From contig VGRX01000002.1 of the NCBI GenBank assembly GCA_016875215.1, positions 5,805-69,804 of the forward strand: a DNA stretch of 64,000 nucleotides, read 5' to 3'. Below the pieces are notes generated by a model, which saw only the letters and a program-made list of their open reading frames with translations, searched no databases and was not told where the DNA came from. This stretch comes from Deltaproteobacteria bacterium (GTDB lineage: Bacteria > Myxococcota_A > UBA9042 > CAIXZC01). Below, piece after piece: positions 28,507-38,270 of the stretch; position 1 is the stretch's first letter; the number at the start of each line of letters is the position of its first letter. Both the position numbers and the translations under genes were made by a program.

Positions 28507-30810
28507 CTACTTCCCCTCGATCCACGCGGCGGCCCCCTGGTCCAGGGAGTTCTCGATGATCGCTCGGAAGCCGGCGTAGTCGGGGTGGATGCCGTCCGGG
28601 ATGTGCTCGACGGGCGAGGGATAGGTGAACCAGCCCCCCGGGAAGGGGTCGTATCCCGGGGCCGGGCCCGGGGGGGGCACGACGCCCGGACCGTACGCGG
28701 GGAATCCGAACCCCGGGCACGGGAACGGGAAGTGCGGCGTGTCCCCGAACGTGTACTGCATGATGCCTATGTTGTGCGCGTAGATCATGTCCGGGACAGA
28801 GGCCGCCACCTGGCGTGCCCGGCCGCACAGGTCCACCAGCCCGAGGTTGAACTTCACCCGCTCGAAGCCGGGGAAGCCGTTGCCCAGTGCCTCGATCATC
28901 TCGAAATGGAGGTAGTCATACCCGACCATCAGGATCTTGATGTCGGGCTGCTTGGCCTTGACCAGGGCCACAAAGGTAGCCAGGTCCCACTGGATGAGCG
29001 TCATGGTGATGAACCACTCCAGCCCTCCCATGAGCCCGAGCCCGCTCTTGGCTGCCCCCAGGTAGTCGTTCCCGGTCAGCGTGAAGAACAGGATGTCCGC
29101 CTTGGGTTCCATGCTCATGCTTGTGAAGAGTGCATCCATGAGGGACGGGTTTGAGACCCAGTCCGAGACCTTGGAGCCGGGCTTGGAAGTCAACTCCCAG
29201 CTCACGGTGACTTCCTCGTACCCTCGGGCGACGAGGGCATCCTTGAGGGGGATGATGAGGCCGGAGGACCAACTGTCCCCCGCGAGCACGACCCGGTCGA
29301 CCGCGAGGCACTGCGGGTTCTTGCCCGGGTTGCACTTGCCGCCGCCGCAGTAGTCCCCCTCGGTGCACGGGTCGTTGTCGTCGCACGGGACGTCCAGCGG
29401 CGTGAACACGCACCCCGTTGCCGGATCGCAGGTGTCCTGCGTGCAGAAGTTGGAATCGCCGCAGACGATCGGCTGGCCGATGCACTTGCCCATGGCGCAG
29501 ATGTCGTCCTTGGTGCAGGCATCATGGTCGTAGCAGGGCGTCCCGGTCAGCGGCTGGTTGGAGCACCCGGTGAGCGGGTTGCAGGAATCCTGAGTGCAAT
29601 CGTCGCCGTCGTCGCAGCTTACCGGCTTGCCCGCCTTGCAGGCCCCCTGGTAGCACTTGTCGCTTGCCGTGCATGCGTTGCCGTCGCTGCACGGGAATCC
29701 CGGCGGCTGCGTGTGGATGCACCCCCCCTCGAACGTGCAGGAATCCAGCGTGCACTGGTTCCCATCGCTGCAGCTTGCGCTCTGCCCCATGCATGCGCCT
29801 TCCACGCACAGGTCGTTCTCGGTGCACTCGTTTCCATCGTTACACATGGTGCCGTCCGCGGGCGGATGCTGGCAGCCGGCCAGAGGGTCGCACACGTCCT
29901 GGGTGCACGGGTTGCCGTCGGTGCAGGCCGTAAGCGTACCGGTGCACTGACCCGCGGCGCAGTGGTCATCCCCGGTGCAGACCGAGCCGTCGTCGCACGG
30001 CTTCCCGGTGAGCTGGGTGAACACGCAGCCGACCGCGGGGTCGCACGCATCGCTGGTGCAGATGTTGCCGTCCTCGCAGGTCACCGGCTCTCCGATGCAG
30101 AGCCCCTGGTCGCACGTGTCCAGCGAAGTGCACGCGTCGTCATCGCTGCACGGCTGGCCCGTGCCCGGGGAATGCGTGCACCCGGCAAGCGGATCGCAGC
30201 CGTCCACCGTGCAGCCGTCACCGTCGTCGCAGAGCACGGCCTGTCCGTAGCATTTCCCGGACAGGCACTGGTCCGACCCGGTGCAGGCGTTGCCGTCGTC
30301 GCATGGGTTGCCGGTGAGCGGGACCGGGGCGCATCCCGTGTCCGGCTGGCACGCTACGGTGGTGCAGGGATCCTCGTCCTCTTCGCATTCGACGGGATCT
30401 CCGATGCACTCTCCCTTGGCGCAGGCATCGCTCAGGGTGCAGGCATTGCCGTCGTCGCAGGCGGTCCCGTCGTCCCGGTCCTGCTCCTCGCACCTTCCTT
30501 CGATGCAGGCCCACCGGCGGCAGGGCCCCAGCACCTGCCCTGCGGCAGCGCATCCCTCGTCGCCGACGCACAGCTTGCCGTCGAAGGTCAGCTCCGGCAG
30601 GAACGGCTCGTCCCGCCCGTCCACCCGGACGAGATCGGGTTCGACCCAGCCGCCGTCCGCGTCTCCGCCCGCCTGGCGCACGTCACCGGCCGGTCCCCGC
30701 AGGTCGGCACGGGGTCCCACGTCGGAAGCCCCGCCGGTCCCCGTCCCCCCGCACGCAACCAGCAGCGCTGGGATCCAAGCCGCAAAGAGGAATGGCAGGC
30801 GCAAACTCAT
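28507..30810 (-). CDS. Lipoprotein: N-terminal DGNxCTxDxC Cys-repeat array + C-terminal SGNH/GDSL-type hydrolase domain
   Basis: Internal start MSLRLPFLFAAWIPALLVACGG. About 11 Cys repeat modules. VVLAGDSWSSG (GDS block I), GNDY, and DGIHP (catalytic DxxH). Confidence 0.75.
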   Translation of the reverse strand: MSLRLPFLFAAWIPALLVACGGTGTGGASDVGPRADLRGPAGDVRQAGGDADGGWVEPDLVRVDGRDEPFLPELTFDGKLCVGDEGCAAAGQVLGPCRRWACIEGRCEEQDRDDGTACDDGNACTLSDACAKGECIGDPVECEEDEDPCTTVACQPDTGCAPVPLTGNPCDDGNACTGSDQCLSGKCYGQAVLCDDGDGCTVDGCDPLAGCTHSPGTGQPCSDDDACTSLDTCDQGLCIGEPVTCEDGNICTSDACDPAVGCVFTQLTGKPCDDGSVCTGDDHCAAGQCTGTLTACTDGNPCTQDVCDPLAGCQHPPADGTMCNDGNECTENDLCVEGACMGQSASCSDGNQCTLDSCTFEGGCIHTQPPGFPCSDGNACTASDKCYQGACKAGKPVSCDDGDDCTQDSCNPLTGCSNQPLTGTPCYDHDACTKDDICAMGKCIGQPIVCGDSNFCTQDTCDPATGCVFTPLDVPCDDNDPCTEGDYCGGGKCNPGKNPQCLAVDRVVLAGDSWSSGLIIPLKDALVARGYEEVTVSWELTSKPGSKVSDWVSNPSLMDALFTSMSMEPKADILFFTLTGNDYLGAAKSGLGLMGGLEWFITMTLIQWDLATFVALVKAKQPDIKILMVGYDYLHFEMIEALGNGFPGFERVKFNLGLVDLCGRARQVAASVPDMIYAHNIGIMQYTFGDTPHFPFPCPGFGFPAYGPGVVPPPGPAPGYDPFPGGWFTYPSPVEHIPDGIHPDYAGFRAIIENSLDQGAAAWIEGK

Positions 30811-33521
30811 CGGACATCTCCACGAATCGCCACGGACCGGCGACGCCCGGCGGACACTCGCATCAACACGGCCAGGGCGGCCAGCAGAAGCACGATCCCC
30901 CTGCCCTTGGCGGAGCCCGTCGCCGCACACCCGCCAGAGGCTTTCGGCTGCGTCACCACATCCTCCACCGGTCCGGCCACCTCGGGCTGGATGTCGATGG
31001 ACTCGTCGCTTTCCACCGCGGTCGGTGCGAGGCGGCAGGTCCCTTCCAGGCAGGTACCGGAGAAGCCGTTCAGGAAGCAGTAGTCGCCGTCCGGGAGCGG
31101 CTCGTACAGGCACTTCCCCGCGACCGGGTCGCAAGTCCCCGCGTAGCAGGGGCTGTCAGGTGCAGGGCACTTCAGGGGAGCGGTCACACACTCGCCCGTC
31201 ATGCAGTAGTCGAGGCCGGTGCACGGGTCACCGTCGTCGCACGGGCCGAAGTCGTCGATGGGGGTCGAAACGCACCCCTTGGCCGGGTCGCATTCCACCT
31301 TCACGCACGGACCATCCTGCTCGTCCGGCTTGCACAGGAGCGGCTTTCCCGGACGGCACCGCGAGAGCACGCACGTCTCGATGCCGTCGCACGGGTTGCC
31401 GTCGTCGCAGTCGGAATCCTCGTCGCACCCCGGCATCTGGAGGCTCGGATCGCCGTACAGGTTGAACTCGAGGCGGACCTTGAAGGTCCACGGCTGTACG
31501 CCGAGCCCCAGCGTCCCCATCGCGTAGTGGAAAGCCTCGGCAATCGGGCGCTTCTCCACGGCGGCCGCATGCGTGAAGTAGACACCCAGGGTGAATGCCC
31601 CCGGCGTGAACGGAGAAGGAACCCAGTCCTCATCCTGTCCCGGAGTCAGCCCCATCGTGATCCGGGTCGACGCCACGTTGGCAATGGACGCGTGCTGGAG
31701 CAGCGAGTGCGTGAGGTTTCCATGCTCCTCCGGGCAGGCGGTCAGGCACGACCCCTGGAAGACGATCGGGGGATAGTCATCCGTCCCGACCTTGTGGAAC
31801 AGGATGTTGATGAATGCCGGCTCCTCGGTCTCCCCCTGCTGCGGCAGTCCGTCCTCGTTGGCATCCACGTACCAGATGTCCCGGCAGGCGAGGTCGAAGT
31901 TGCCGTGGGCGCTCCATGTGACGGCTCCGTACCCCTTGTTCCAGTACTCGGGCATCTTCGACTCGTCGAGGAAATCGTCACCCGGATACGTGGAGGTCAG
32001 GTTGCCCGCCCACTCCCCGAGCACCGTATGCCCGTTGCCGTAGACATCCAGCGACTTCTCGATCAGGAACTTCGACACCAGGCTCCCGTCCACCCATCCC
32101 CCGTCCGGGAAGGTGATCATCGGGCTGGGAAGCAGCACCCGGTTGTGCCACGGCAGCGGCTCCGACTGTTCGTACGCGATGATCCTCTCGAGGATGCCGT
32201 CGCCGTAGAACGGCTGCTTCCCGAAATGGGGGATCCGCCCCACCAGCAGCTCCGGTGCCAGGTCGACCCCGTCGAGCCGGTCCCCGCTCCGGTCTGCGCC
32301 GCCATCGAATCCCCCCTCGGCTCCGCTGCCGCCCGCTTCGCCTTCGCCCTGGAATTCCTCGGGGATCTCCATGTAGTCCTCGAGCTCGCACGGCATCTCG
32401 TCGCCGTCGGGGTTCCAGTTCCCCGTGAGGTCCGCGAAGTACATGTCGGTCGCCACGTGCGGGTAGTCGAGGATCTCCTCGTATCCGAACGAGGGATAAC
32501 AGAGCTTCATCGGAATCCCGAGCGGGTCGTGCGGGTCAGGCGACCCGAGCAGCACCAGGTATTTGAAGCCGGCCTCCTGGTAGTGCTTCTGGAGCCACGC
32601 CCGCAGGATGTCGGGCTGTTCCTCGGGTGCGGGCTCCACCGCTTCCATCTCCTCGTCGATCTGCTCGAGTGTAACGAGCAGCGGCGTGTAGCCCTGGGAC
32701 TTCTTGAAGTCGATGAAGGTGGATAGCATCTTGCTGGTCGACGCAAACTGCTCCCGGGTTACGATCACATAGTCGGTCATCCCGTCTTCCCGGGGGGCCG
32801 GGGCGTACCATTTCGCAACGTCCGAAGCGTTGGTTGCAAGCCGGGTCATCCGGTCGGGCAGGAAGTGGCCGCGGTCCGGGCGGGGGGCTCCGCTCCGGTC
32901 GACCTGCACCCGCACCGAGAAGCGGCCGCAACGCTCCCAATGACCGTCCTGCACTCGGAGAAGCCGCAGCAGGAGCGGGAGCAGCAGCGCATCCCCCTCG
33001 TGGAGCAGAGGGGAGGTGAAGAACGGCGATTCCCCGGCTCGAGACGTGACCGGCCGGGCAGGAAAGGAGGAGTCCGATTGCGATGCCGCTTGCGATTCCG
33101 ATTGCGATGGCGAATCCGACGCCGCCTCCGACTTCGCAATGTGGTCCGGGATCCGCCCATGCCCCGAGGCTTCGGCGCGGCGGGCGGGCAGAGGCATGGG
33201 GCGGCCGTCGAACAGGGAGATCAGCGTGGCATCGTCCGCGACCGGGGGCTTGGCGGGGTGGCAGTCGGATGGCTCCACCGTCACGACGGGACGGCCCCGG
33301 GTATCGGGGGGCAGGAGCAGGAGGAGGGGATAGCCCTCGCCCGCACCCAGAGCAGCCGGGAGGCGATGGATTCGGTTCCAGACCGCGCCGGGGGCCGAAT
33401 CGCCGGCTGCCGCGGTCCCAAGGTCGATCCGGACCACGATCTCCTCGGCCCGGCCCGTCGTGCCGGCCAGTGCCAGCAGCAACCCGACCAACGCACCGAC
33501 CGCCCCACGCGCGCGCATCAC
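30807..33521 (-). CDS. Gingipain-like cysteine peptidase (family C25) with Cys-rich modules and C-terminal MYXO-CTERM
   Basis: Signal peptide. C25 catalytic region (WSAHGNFD His, FQGSCLTA Cys). C-terminus ASGGCAATGSAKGRGIVLLLAALAVLMRVSAGRRR. ATGA overlap with the downstream SGNH gene. Confidence 0.75.
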   Translation of the reverse strand: MMRARGAVGALVGLLLALAGTTGRAEEIVVRIDLGTAAAGDSAPGAVWNRIHRLPAALGAGEGYPLLLLLPPDTRGRPVVTVEPSDCHPAKPPVADDATLISLFDGRPMPLPARRAEASGHGRIPDHIAKSEAASDSPSQSESQAASQSDSSFPARPVTSRAGESPFFTSPLLHEGDALLLPLLLRLLRVQDGHWERCGRFSVRVQVDRSGAPRPDRGHFLPDRMTRLATNASDVAKWYAPAPREDGMTDYVIVTREQFASTSKMLSTFIDFKKSQGYTPLLVTLEQIDEEMEAVEPAPEEQPDILRAWLQKHYQEAGFKYLVLLGSPDPHDPLGIPMKLCYPSFGYEEILDYPHVATDMYFADLTGNWNPDGDEMPCELEDYMEIPEEFQGEGEAGGSGAEGGFDGGADRSGDRLDGVDLAPELLVGRIPHFGKQPFYGDGILERIIAYEQSEPLPWHNRVLLPSPMITFPDGGWVDGSLVSKFLIEKSLDVYGNGHTVLGEWAGNLTSTYPGDDFLDESKMPEYWNKGYGAVTWSAHGNFDLACRDIWYVDANEDGLPQQGETEEPAFINILFHKVGTDDYPPIVFQGSCLTACPEEHGNLTHSLLQHASIANVASTRITMGLTPGQDEDWVPSPFTPGAFTLGVYFTHAAAVEKRPIAEAFHYAMGTLGLGVQPWTFKVRLEFNLYGDPSLQMPGCDEDSDCDDGNPCDGIETCVLSRCRPGKPLLCKPDEQDGPCVKVECDPAKGCVSTPIDDFGPCDDGDPCTGLDYCMTGECVTAPLKCPAPDSPCYAGTCDPVAGKCLYEPLPDGDYCFLNGFSGTCLEGTCRLAPTAVESDESIDIQPEVAGPVEDVVTQPKASGGCAATGSAKGRGIVLLLAALAVLMRVSAGRRRSVAIRGDVR

Positions 33522-33679
33522 CGCACCTCCGATGGGGCGGAGTGTACCACCGGGGTTCGAGAGTTGCCAGGGGGGCGACCCACCCTGATCCAGGGATTCC
33601 CCGCACAGGCAGGCTCATCACCCTCTGGACACCGTTGATGGTGGATTTGGGCCCAGAGCGAGGCGGACGATCTGGGGGT

Positions 33680-34135
33680 CTACTCCGGGTCCGCCGGTCT
33701 TTCCCCGTAGCCGAGCTGCGCAGCGATGAAATGGTCGGCCCCTGCGAGGTCGAAGTCGGAGACCCTCTTCGGCTCGGCCCAGGCCAGCTCGGAATGGACA
33801 GTGGGATTGAACTTCCCGGTCCACCGGTAGACAGCCAACGCGATGAGGCGGATGCTGAACGTGGGATAGTGGTGGGTCGCTTCGGCCAACTGCTCAGCTA
33901 TCTCGGCCTGGATGTGGAATTCCTCGAAGAGCTCGCGGGCAAGGGCCTGTGGTGGTGTCTCGCCCGGTTCGACCTTGCCACCCGGAAACTCCCACTTGCC
34001 GGCATGCCGCTGCCCCGGGCCGCGGCGGGCCACCAGGATGCGGCCGTCCCAGTGCATGACGGCCGCCACGACGGTGATGGGCGTGCGACCTGACCTGGCC
34101 TGCTCCCCCGACGAGTCCTTCCCCTTCCGCTCCAT
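33680..34135 (-). CDS. NUDIX hydrolase (MutT-like)
   Basis: Nudix box GKWEFPGGKVEPGETPPQALARELFEEFHI, about 150 aa. Confidence 0.8.
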   Translation of the reverse strand: MERKGKDSSGEQARSGRTPITVVAAVMHWDGRILVARRGPGQRHAGKWEFPGGKVEPGETPPQALARELFEEFHIQAEIAEQLAEATHHYPTFSIRLIALAVYRWTGKFNPTVHSELAWAEPKRVSDFDLAGADHFIAAQLGYGERPADPE

Positions 34136-34292
34136 GGCCTTCCCCCCCACACTCACAGGATGGCGACCGCAGTATAGTCCTCTCCGCCGTCTTCGCCAAC
34201 TTAACATTCCTCCCGGGGTTGTGCCCACCCGTGTGATTCTGGTATGCTGCGCCCCGGCGACCGACGACTGCCGGGTCGTCAGGGGAGGGGCA

Positions 34293-35390
34293 ATGATGAG
34301 AGTCGCACTTGTTGTGGTCGTGGCGCTGGCTGCCATGGCCTGCTCGAACAGTGGGAAGTCACCTGCGGACATCTCTGCAACGGAGACCCCGGGCGGCGAC
34401 GTGAGATTGCCGACCGGCGACGCTCAGCCGCAAGTCGATCTCGTGACGGAAGAGACGCTCGACGTCCCGAGCGGTCCCGAGATCGTCCTTCCTCCGGGCT
34501 ACCTGGAGTTCTGCCTGTCCGACGCAGACTGTGCGACCTGGGATCTCAAGTGCTTCTTCTCGAAGCCGGCCGACCCGGATGCCATCTGCTCGATCGCATG
34601 CACATCGAGCACAGAGTGTCCCGAGCCGATGGTGTGCAAGCGAAAGGGGGAGTTCAAGGCGTGCATGCTCGCCAGCTACTGCGACGGCTGCGACAAGGAT
34701 TCCCAGTGCGGTGAGAACGGGAAATGCGTCGCGGACGAGGATGGCCAGAAGTTCTGCACCCATACGTGCAAGAAGGACGATGCCGAATCGTGCGGCGGGG
34801 CCAACTTCTGCAAGAAGGTCGGACTGGGGCTGGAGGACTACTACTGCTACCCCATGTTCGGCACATGCAAGGGGGATGGAACCCTCTGCACCCCCTGCCA
34901 GGAAGATGGTGATTGTCTCAAAGGGCACGAGTGCCACGAGAACTCCACGACCCACGAGATGTACTGCGCCAAGGTCTGCCAGACCGACATCGACTGCCCC
35001 GAGAAGGGATACGGCTGCTACGAGGTTTCCGGCGAAGAGCTCCCGCTGTGCACCATGGAAGTGAACGGGAGCCCGGTCGAAACGTGCTACCAGGGGAACA
35101 AGGGCTTCTGTGAGCCGTGCATGCGGGATTATGAATGTCAAAGCGGGATATGTTACAATTACCCGGTTGCAAAAAAATATTTTTGCAGCTTTCCTTGTGA
35201 CAAGACGAAGTACGCAAGCGGCTGTCCGTCCGGGCTCTTCTGTGCTCCAAACCACGGAGAGGGTGCGGCCGTGAACCCCGACGTCTGCATTCCCCCGACC
35301 GCGTTCGGCTGCCAGGGATTCCTGAACTGCGTGGGTGTCGATTGTCCCAAGGGGGAGAAATGCATCGATGGGTTCTGCCAACCCAAGTGA
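34293..35390 (+). CDS. Cys-rich lipoprotein of unknown function
   Basis: MMRVALVVVVALAAMACS lipobox, strong GGGGAGGGG RBS, more than 40 Cys. Confidence 0.6.
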   Translation: MMRVALVVVVALAAMACSNSGKSPADISATETPGGDVRLPTGDAQPQVDLVTEETLDVPSGPEIVLPPGYLEFCLSDADCATWDLKCFFSKPADPDAICSIACTSSTECPEPMVCKRKGEFKACMLASYCDGCDKDSQCGENGKCVADEDGQKFCTHTCKKDDAESCGGANFCKKVGLGLEDYYCYPMFGTCKGDGTLCTPCQEDGDCLKGHECHENSTTHEMYCAKVCQTDIDCPEKGYGCYEVSGEELPLCTMEVNGSPVETCYQGNKGFCEPCMRDYECQSGICYNYPVAKKYFCSFPCDKTKYASGCPSGLFCAPNHGEGAAVNPDVCIPPTAFGCQGFLNCVGVDCPKGEKCIDGFCQPK

Positions 35391-35448
35391 GGGGTCGGGG
35401 GGAGAAATGCATCGATGGGTTCTGCCAACCAAAGTGAGGGGTCGGGGG
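35355..35448 (+). repeat. Perfect-but-one 47-bp tandem duplication covering the last 12 codons + stop of the 34293..35390 gene and 11 nt beyond
   Basis: gagaaatgcatcgatgggttctgccaacc(c/a)aagtgaggggtcggggg occurs twice head-to-tail (35355-35401, 35402-35448). It is followed by atcgtagtcgca x2 at 35490-35513. Confidence 0.7.
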
Positions 35449-35536
35449 GTATCGAGCCCAACCTGGGCCTTTGCAACAGGCGGCTCGGCATCGTAGTCGC
35501 AATCGTAGTCGCAATCGTCCTTCCCGGAGGTAGTGG

Positions 35537-36055
35537 ATGCGAGCAGTCAGCCTGGTAGCGTTCGTGGTCGTTCTGGCGGTGATTGGGACCACCTCGGCCT
35601 CGGTGGTTCGGCCGTTCACGTTGCAGGAGCTCTACTCGACGGCCCAGCTCGTCGTGGTGGGTGAGGTGACCGGCCAGACGACCTTCTGGAACGAGGCCCA
35701 CGACACGATCTACACGGAGTACCTGGTGAAGCCCGAGCGGGTGGTCAAAGGCGAGGCGCCGGCCGAGGTGCGGCTCCGGCTGATGGGGGGAAGCCTGGAC
35801 GGCAAGACGCTCACCGTCCCGGGGAATGCCCCGGTCGAGGAGGGAGAGAGGGTCCTGCTCGCCCTGCGGGACCAGGGGTCCTTCCAGACCCTGGTCGGAA
35901 TGTCCCAGGGCAAGTGGAGCTTGCGCAGTGTGGACGGGAAGGATCGGGCATGGCGAGGGCCGAGGCTGCAGGCCTTCGAGCCGCTCCGTGACGGCGAGGT
36001 GCTGCTCGACGATCTGCTGGACGACATGCAGCGGAACCCGGGGAGGATGCCATGA
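35537..36055 (+). CDS. Secreted protein of unknown function, translationally coupled (ATGA) to the downstream metalloprotease
   Basis: Signal peptide MRAVSLVAFVVVLAVIGTTSASV. GGAGG RBS 5 nt upstream. The stop overlaps the start of the 36052 gene. Confidence 0.5.
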   Translation: MRAVSLVAFVVVLAVIGTTSASVVRPFTLQELYSTAQLVVVGEVTGQTTFWNEAHDTIYTEYLVKPERVVKGEAPAEVRLRLMGGSLDGKTLTVPGNAPVEEGERVLLALRDQGSFQTLVGMSQGKWSLRSVDGKDRAWRGPRLQAFEPLRDGEVLLDDLLDDMQRNPGRMP

Positions 36056-38196
36056 AGACGCGTCCTCTCCCCGGGCACCTGGCAGCAGCGCTCACGCTGT
36101 TCTCGCTCCTCTCGACGGGCTCTCCGGCCGTGGCGTTCACCATCAACTCCGACAACGGCGAGAAGATCACCTGGAAGCAGAACACCATCGCCTGGTACCT
36201 CCATCCCAGCGGAAGCCAGGACATGCCGTTCGAGGAATTCAAGGGAGCCATCCAGGCCGCGTTCAACACCTGGGACAACCTCCCCTGCTTCAGCAAGAGC
36301 TTCAGCTTCGGCGGAACCAAGAGCTCGGATCCCCAGGACGGGATCTACGTCATGGTCAAGGAGAGCAACTGGGATCCCACGGTCGGGGACGCAGCGGCCT
36401 ACTCGCAGAACTGGACCGACTGGAGCGGCAACATCTCGCACAACGTCATCGTGTTCAACGGCGTGGACCTGACCTGGACCACGACCGAGGCCATGGACTA
36501 CTTCTCGGAGAAGACGGACGTCCAGGGGGTCGGCACCCACGAGCTGGGGCACAGCATCGGCCTCGACCACTCCCGCTGGCGCGCAGCCACCATGTTCTTC
36601 TCGGGCAGCAGTGCGGAGCTGCGCACCCTCGACCAGGACGACAAGGACGGCGTCTGCTATCTCTACTCCGCTTTCACCAGCGGCAAGCCGTGCGACTCCT
36701 GCACGTCGAACACGAACTGCAGCGGCGCCCCGTGTCTCAACGTCGGAGGGCTCGGCTTCTGTGGAAAGAACTGCTCGTCCGACGCCAACTGCCCCGAGAC
36801 CTTCACCTGCGAGCAGCTCAACAACGGCAGCTACTCGTGCTATCCCTTCAACAACAACTGTGCGCAGCAGGGGGCCAACATCCCCATGGGCCAGTATTGC
36901 TACGGCCACGAGACGTGCAAGAGCGGGCTCGTCTGCCTGGTGCTCCCCGACACGGCCTACTGCTCGAAGGAGTGCACCTCCAATGCTCAGTGCGGGAGTC
37001 TGAAGTGCGTATCCGGGCTCTGCATGCAGGGTGGGAACACGCCGCTGGGCGGCTCGTGCCAGATGCACCCCGACTGCGAGAGCGGCCTGTGCCTCGGCAT
37101 CTCCGAGAACGAGGGCGTCTGCACGTCGCAGTGCAAGGACACGGTCAACTGCCCGAACGGGTTCCTGTGCGCCGGCGGGTATTGCATGAAGGCGGGGGAC
37201 GGCAAGTACGGGACCGCGTGCACCAAGGACATCGACTGCCAGACCGGCCAGTGCCTCTCCATTGGCGGGCTGGACAAGATCTGCTCGAAGAGCTGCACCA
37301 CAAAGGGCGACTGCCCAGGGTCCAACCCGTGCACGTTCTCGGTGTGCATCCCTCCCGGAAGCGGGCTGTTCGGAGCGACCTGCGCGAAGCACACCGACTG
37401 CGCCAGCGGCTTCTGCGCCGGCATGAGCATGAAGCAGTGCAGCATCGCCTGCAAGACCGATGCCGACTGCCCGGCCGGGGCCGGCTGCGTCAGCGGCGGC
37501 TACTGCGTGAAGAAGAAGCCGCCGACGGGATCCTGCAATTCCAAGGCGGACTGCAAGCCGGGGGAATTCTGCAGGCAGGCGAGCGCTGACGTGATGGGCA
37601 TGTGCACGCCGGAATGCAACCCGTTCGGCGATACCGGCTGCGCCGACGGCAGCGTATGCCAGTGGGTCTACCAGCCCTTCGAAGACGTGGTGCACGGCGA
37701 GTGCGTCCCGTCCAACGACGGCGGTGACGAGGGGGCCCTGTGCCTCGCTCCCAATCCGCCCTGTATCCAGGACCTGGTCTGCATGAACGTCGGCGGGACC
37801 GGAGCGAAATGCTACCGGGACTGCAACTCCGCCACCGGCTTCGGCTGCGGAGGGGACCACTCCTGCCTCGCGCTGAACCTGTCCTCCGATCCCTACCACG
37901 GCGTCTGCGTCTGCGGTGCCCCCTCCTGCATGGAGGTCCCGGACGAGGATGTGACCGGGCCGGACGATGATGTCACCGAGGAGCCCGAGCCACCGACTCC
38001 CGGCAAAGACGTCAAGGCGGGCAAGGACACGTCCGGCAGTACCCCCAACCCCCCGGTGGGCGTAGAGCCCGGCACTGGCGGAGGTGGCTGCTCGCTTGCT
38101 GGACGCACTCCGACCGGTGCCTCACCGCTTGTCCCCATCCTCCTGCTGGCAGCGGCGCTCTACGCGTTGGTCGTCACCCGTCGGCGCAGGGTGTGA
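36052..38196 (+). CDS. Matrixin/M10-like zinc metalloprotease with Cys-rich repeat stalk and C-terminal MYXO-CTERM
   Basis: HELGHSIGLDH (HExxHxxGxxH) zinc site. Repeated C-x-x-x-x-C-x-S-G-x-C modules. C-terminus GGGCSLAGRTP...ILLLAAALYALVVTRRRRV. Confidence 0.8.
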   Translation: MKTRPLPGHLAAALTLFSLLSTGSPAVAFTINSDNGEKITWKQNTIAWYLHPSGSQDMPFEEFKGAIQAAFNTWDNLPCFSKSFSFGGTKSSDPQDGIYVMVKESNWDPTVGDAAAYSQNWTDWSGNISHNVIVFNGVDLTWTTTEAMDYFSEKTDVQGVGTHELGHSIGLDHSRWRAATMFFSGSSAELRTLDQDDKDGVCYLYSAFTSGKPCDSCTSNTNCSGAPCLNVGGLGFCGKNCSSDANCPETFTCEQLNNGSYSCYPFNNNCAQQGANIPMGQYCYGHETCKSGLVCLVLPDTAYCSKECTSNAQCGSLKCVSGLCMQGGNTPLGGSCQMHPDCESGLCLGISENEGVCTSQCKDTVNCPNGFLCAGGYCMKAGDGKYGTACTKDIDCQTGQCLSIGGLDKICSKSCTTKGDCPGSNPCTFSVCIPPGSGLFGATCAKHTDCASGFCAGMSMKQCSIACKTDADCPAGAGCVSGGYCVKKKPPTGSCNSKADCKPGEFCRQASADVMGMCTPECNPFGDTGCADGSVCQWVYQPFEDVVHGECVPSNDGGDEGALCLAPNPPCIQDLVCMNVGGTGAKCYRDCNSATGFGCGGDHSCLALNLSSDPYHGVCVCGAPSCMEVPDEDVTGPDDDVTEEPEPPTPGKDVKAGKDTSGSTPNPPVGVEPGTGGGGCSLAGRTPTGASPLVPILLLAAALYALVVTRRRRV

Positions 38197-38227
38197 ACCA
38201 CGAGGCAGGGGCGGCGGGGAAGAAGGC

Positions 38228-38270
38228 ATAGGACCTATAGGACAAATAGGACGAATAGGACCAATAGGAC
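38228..38270. repeat. Five tandem 9-bp units carrying ATAGGAC (cATAGGACc tATAGGACa aATAGGACg aATAGGACc aATAGGACc)
   Basis: Seen directly in the sequence. AT-rich, 32 nt downstream of the metalloprotease stop and about 240 nt upstream of plsB. Confidence 0.8.
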
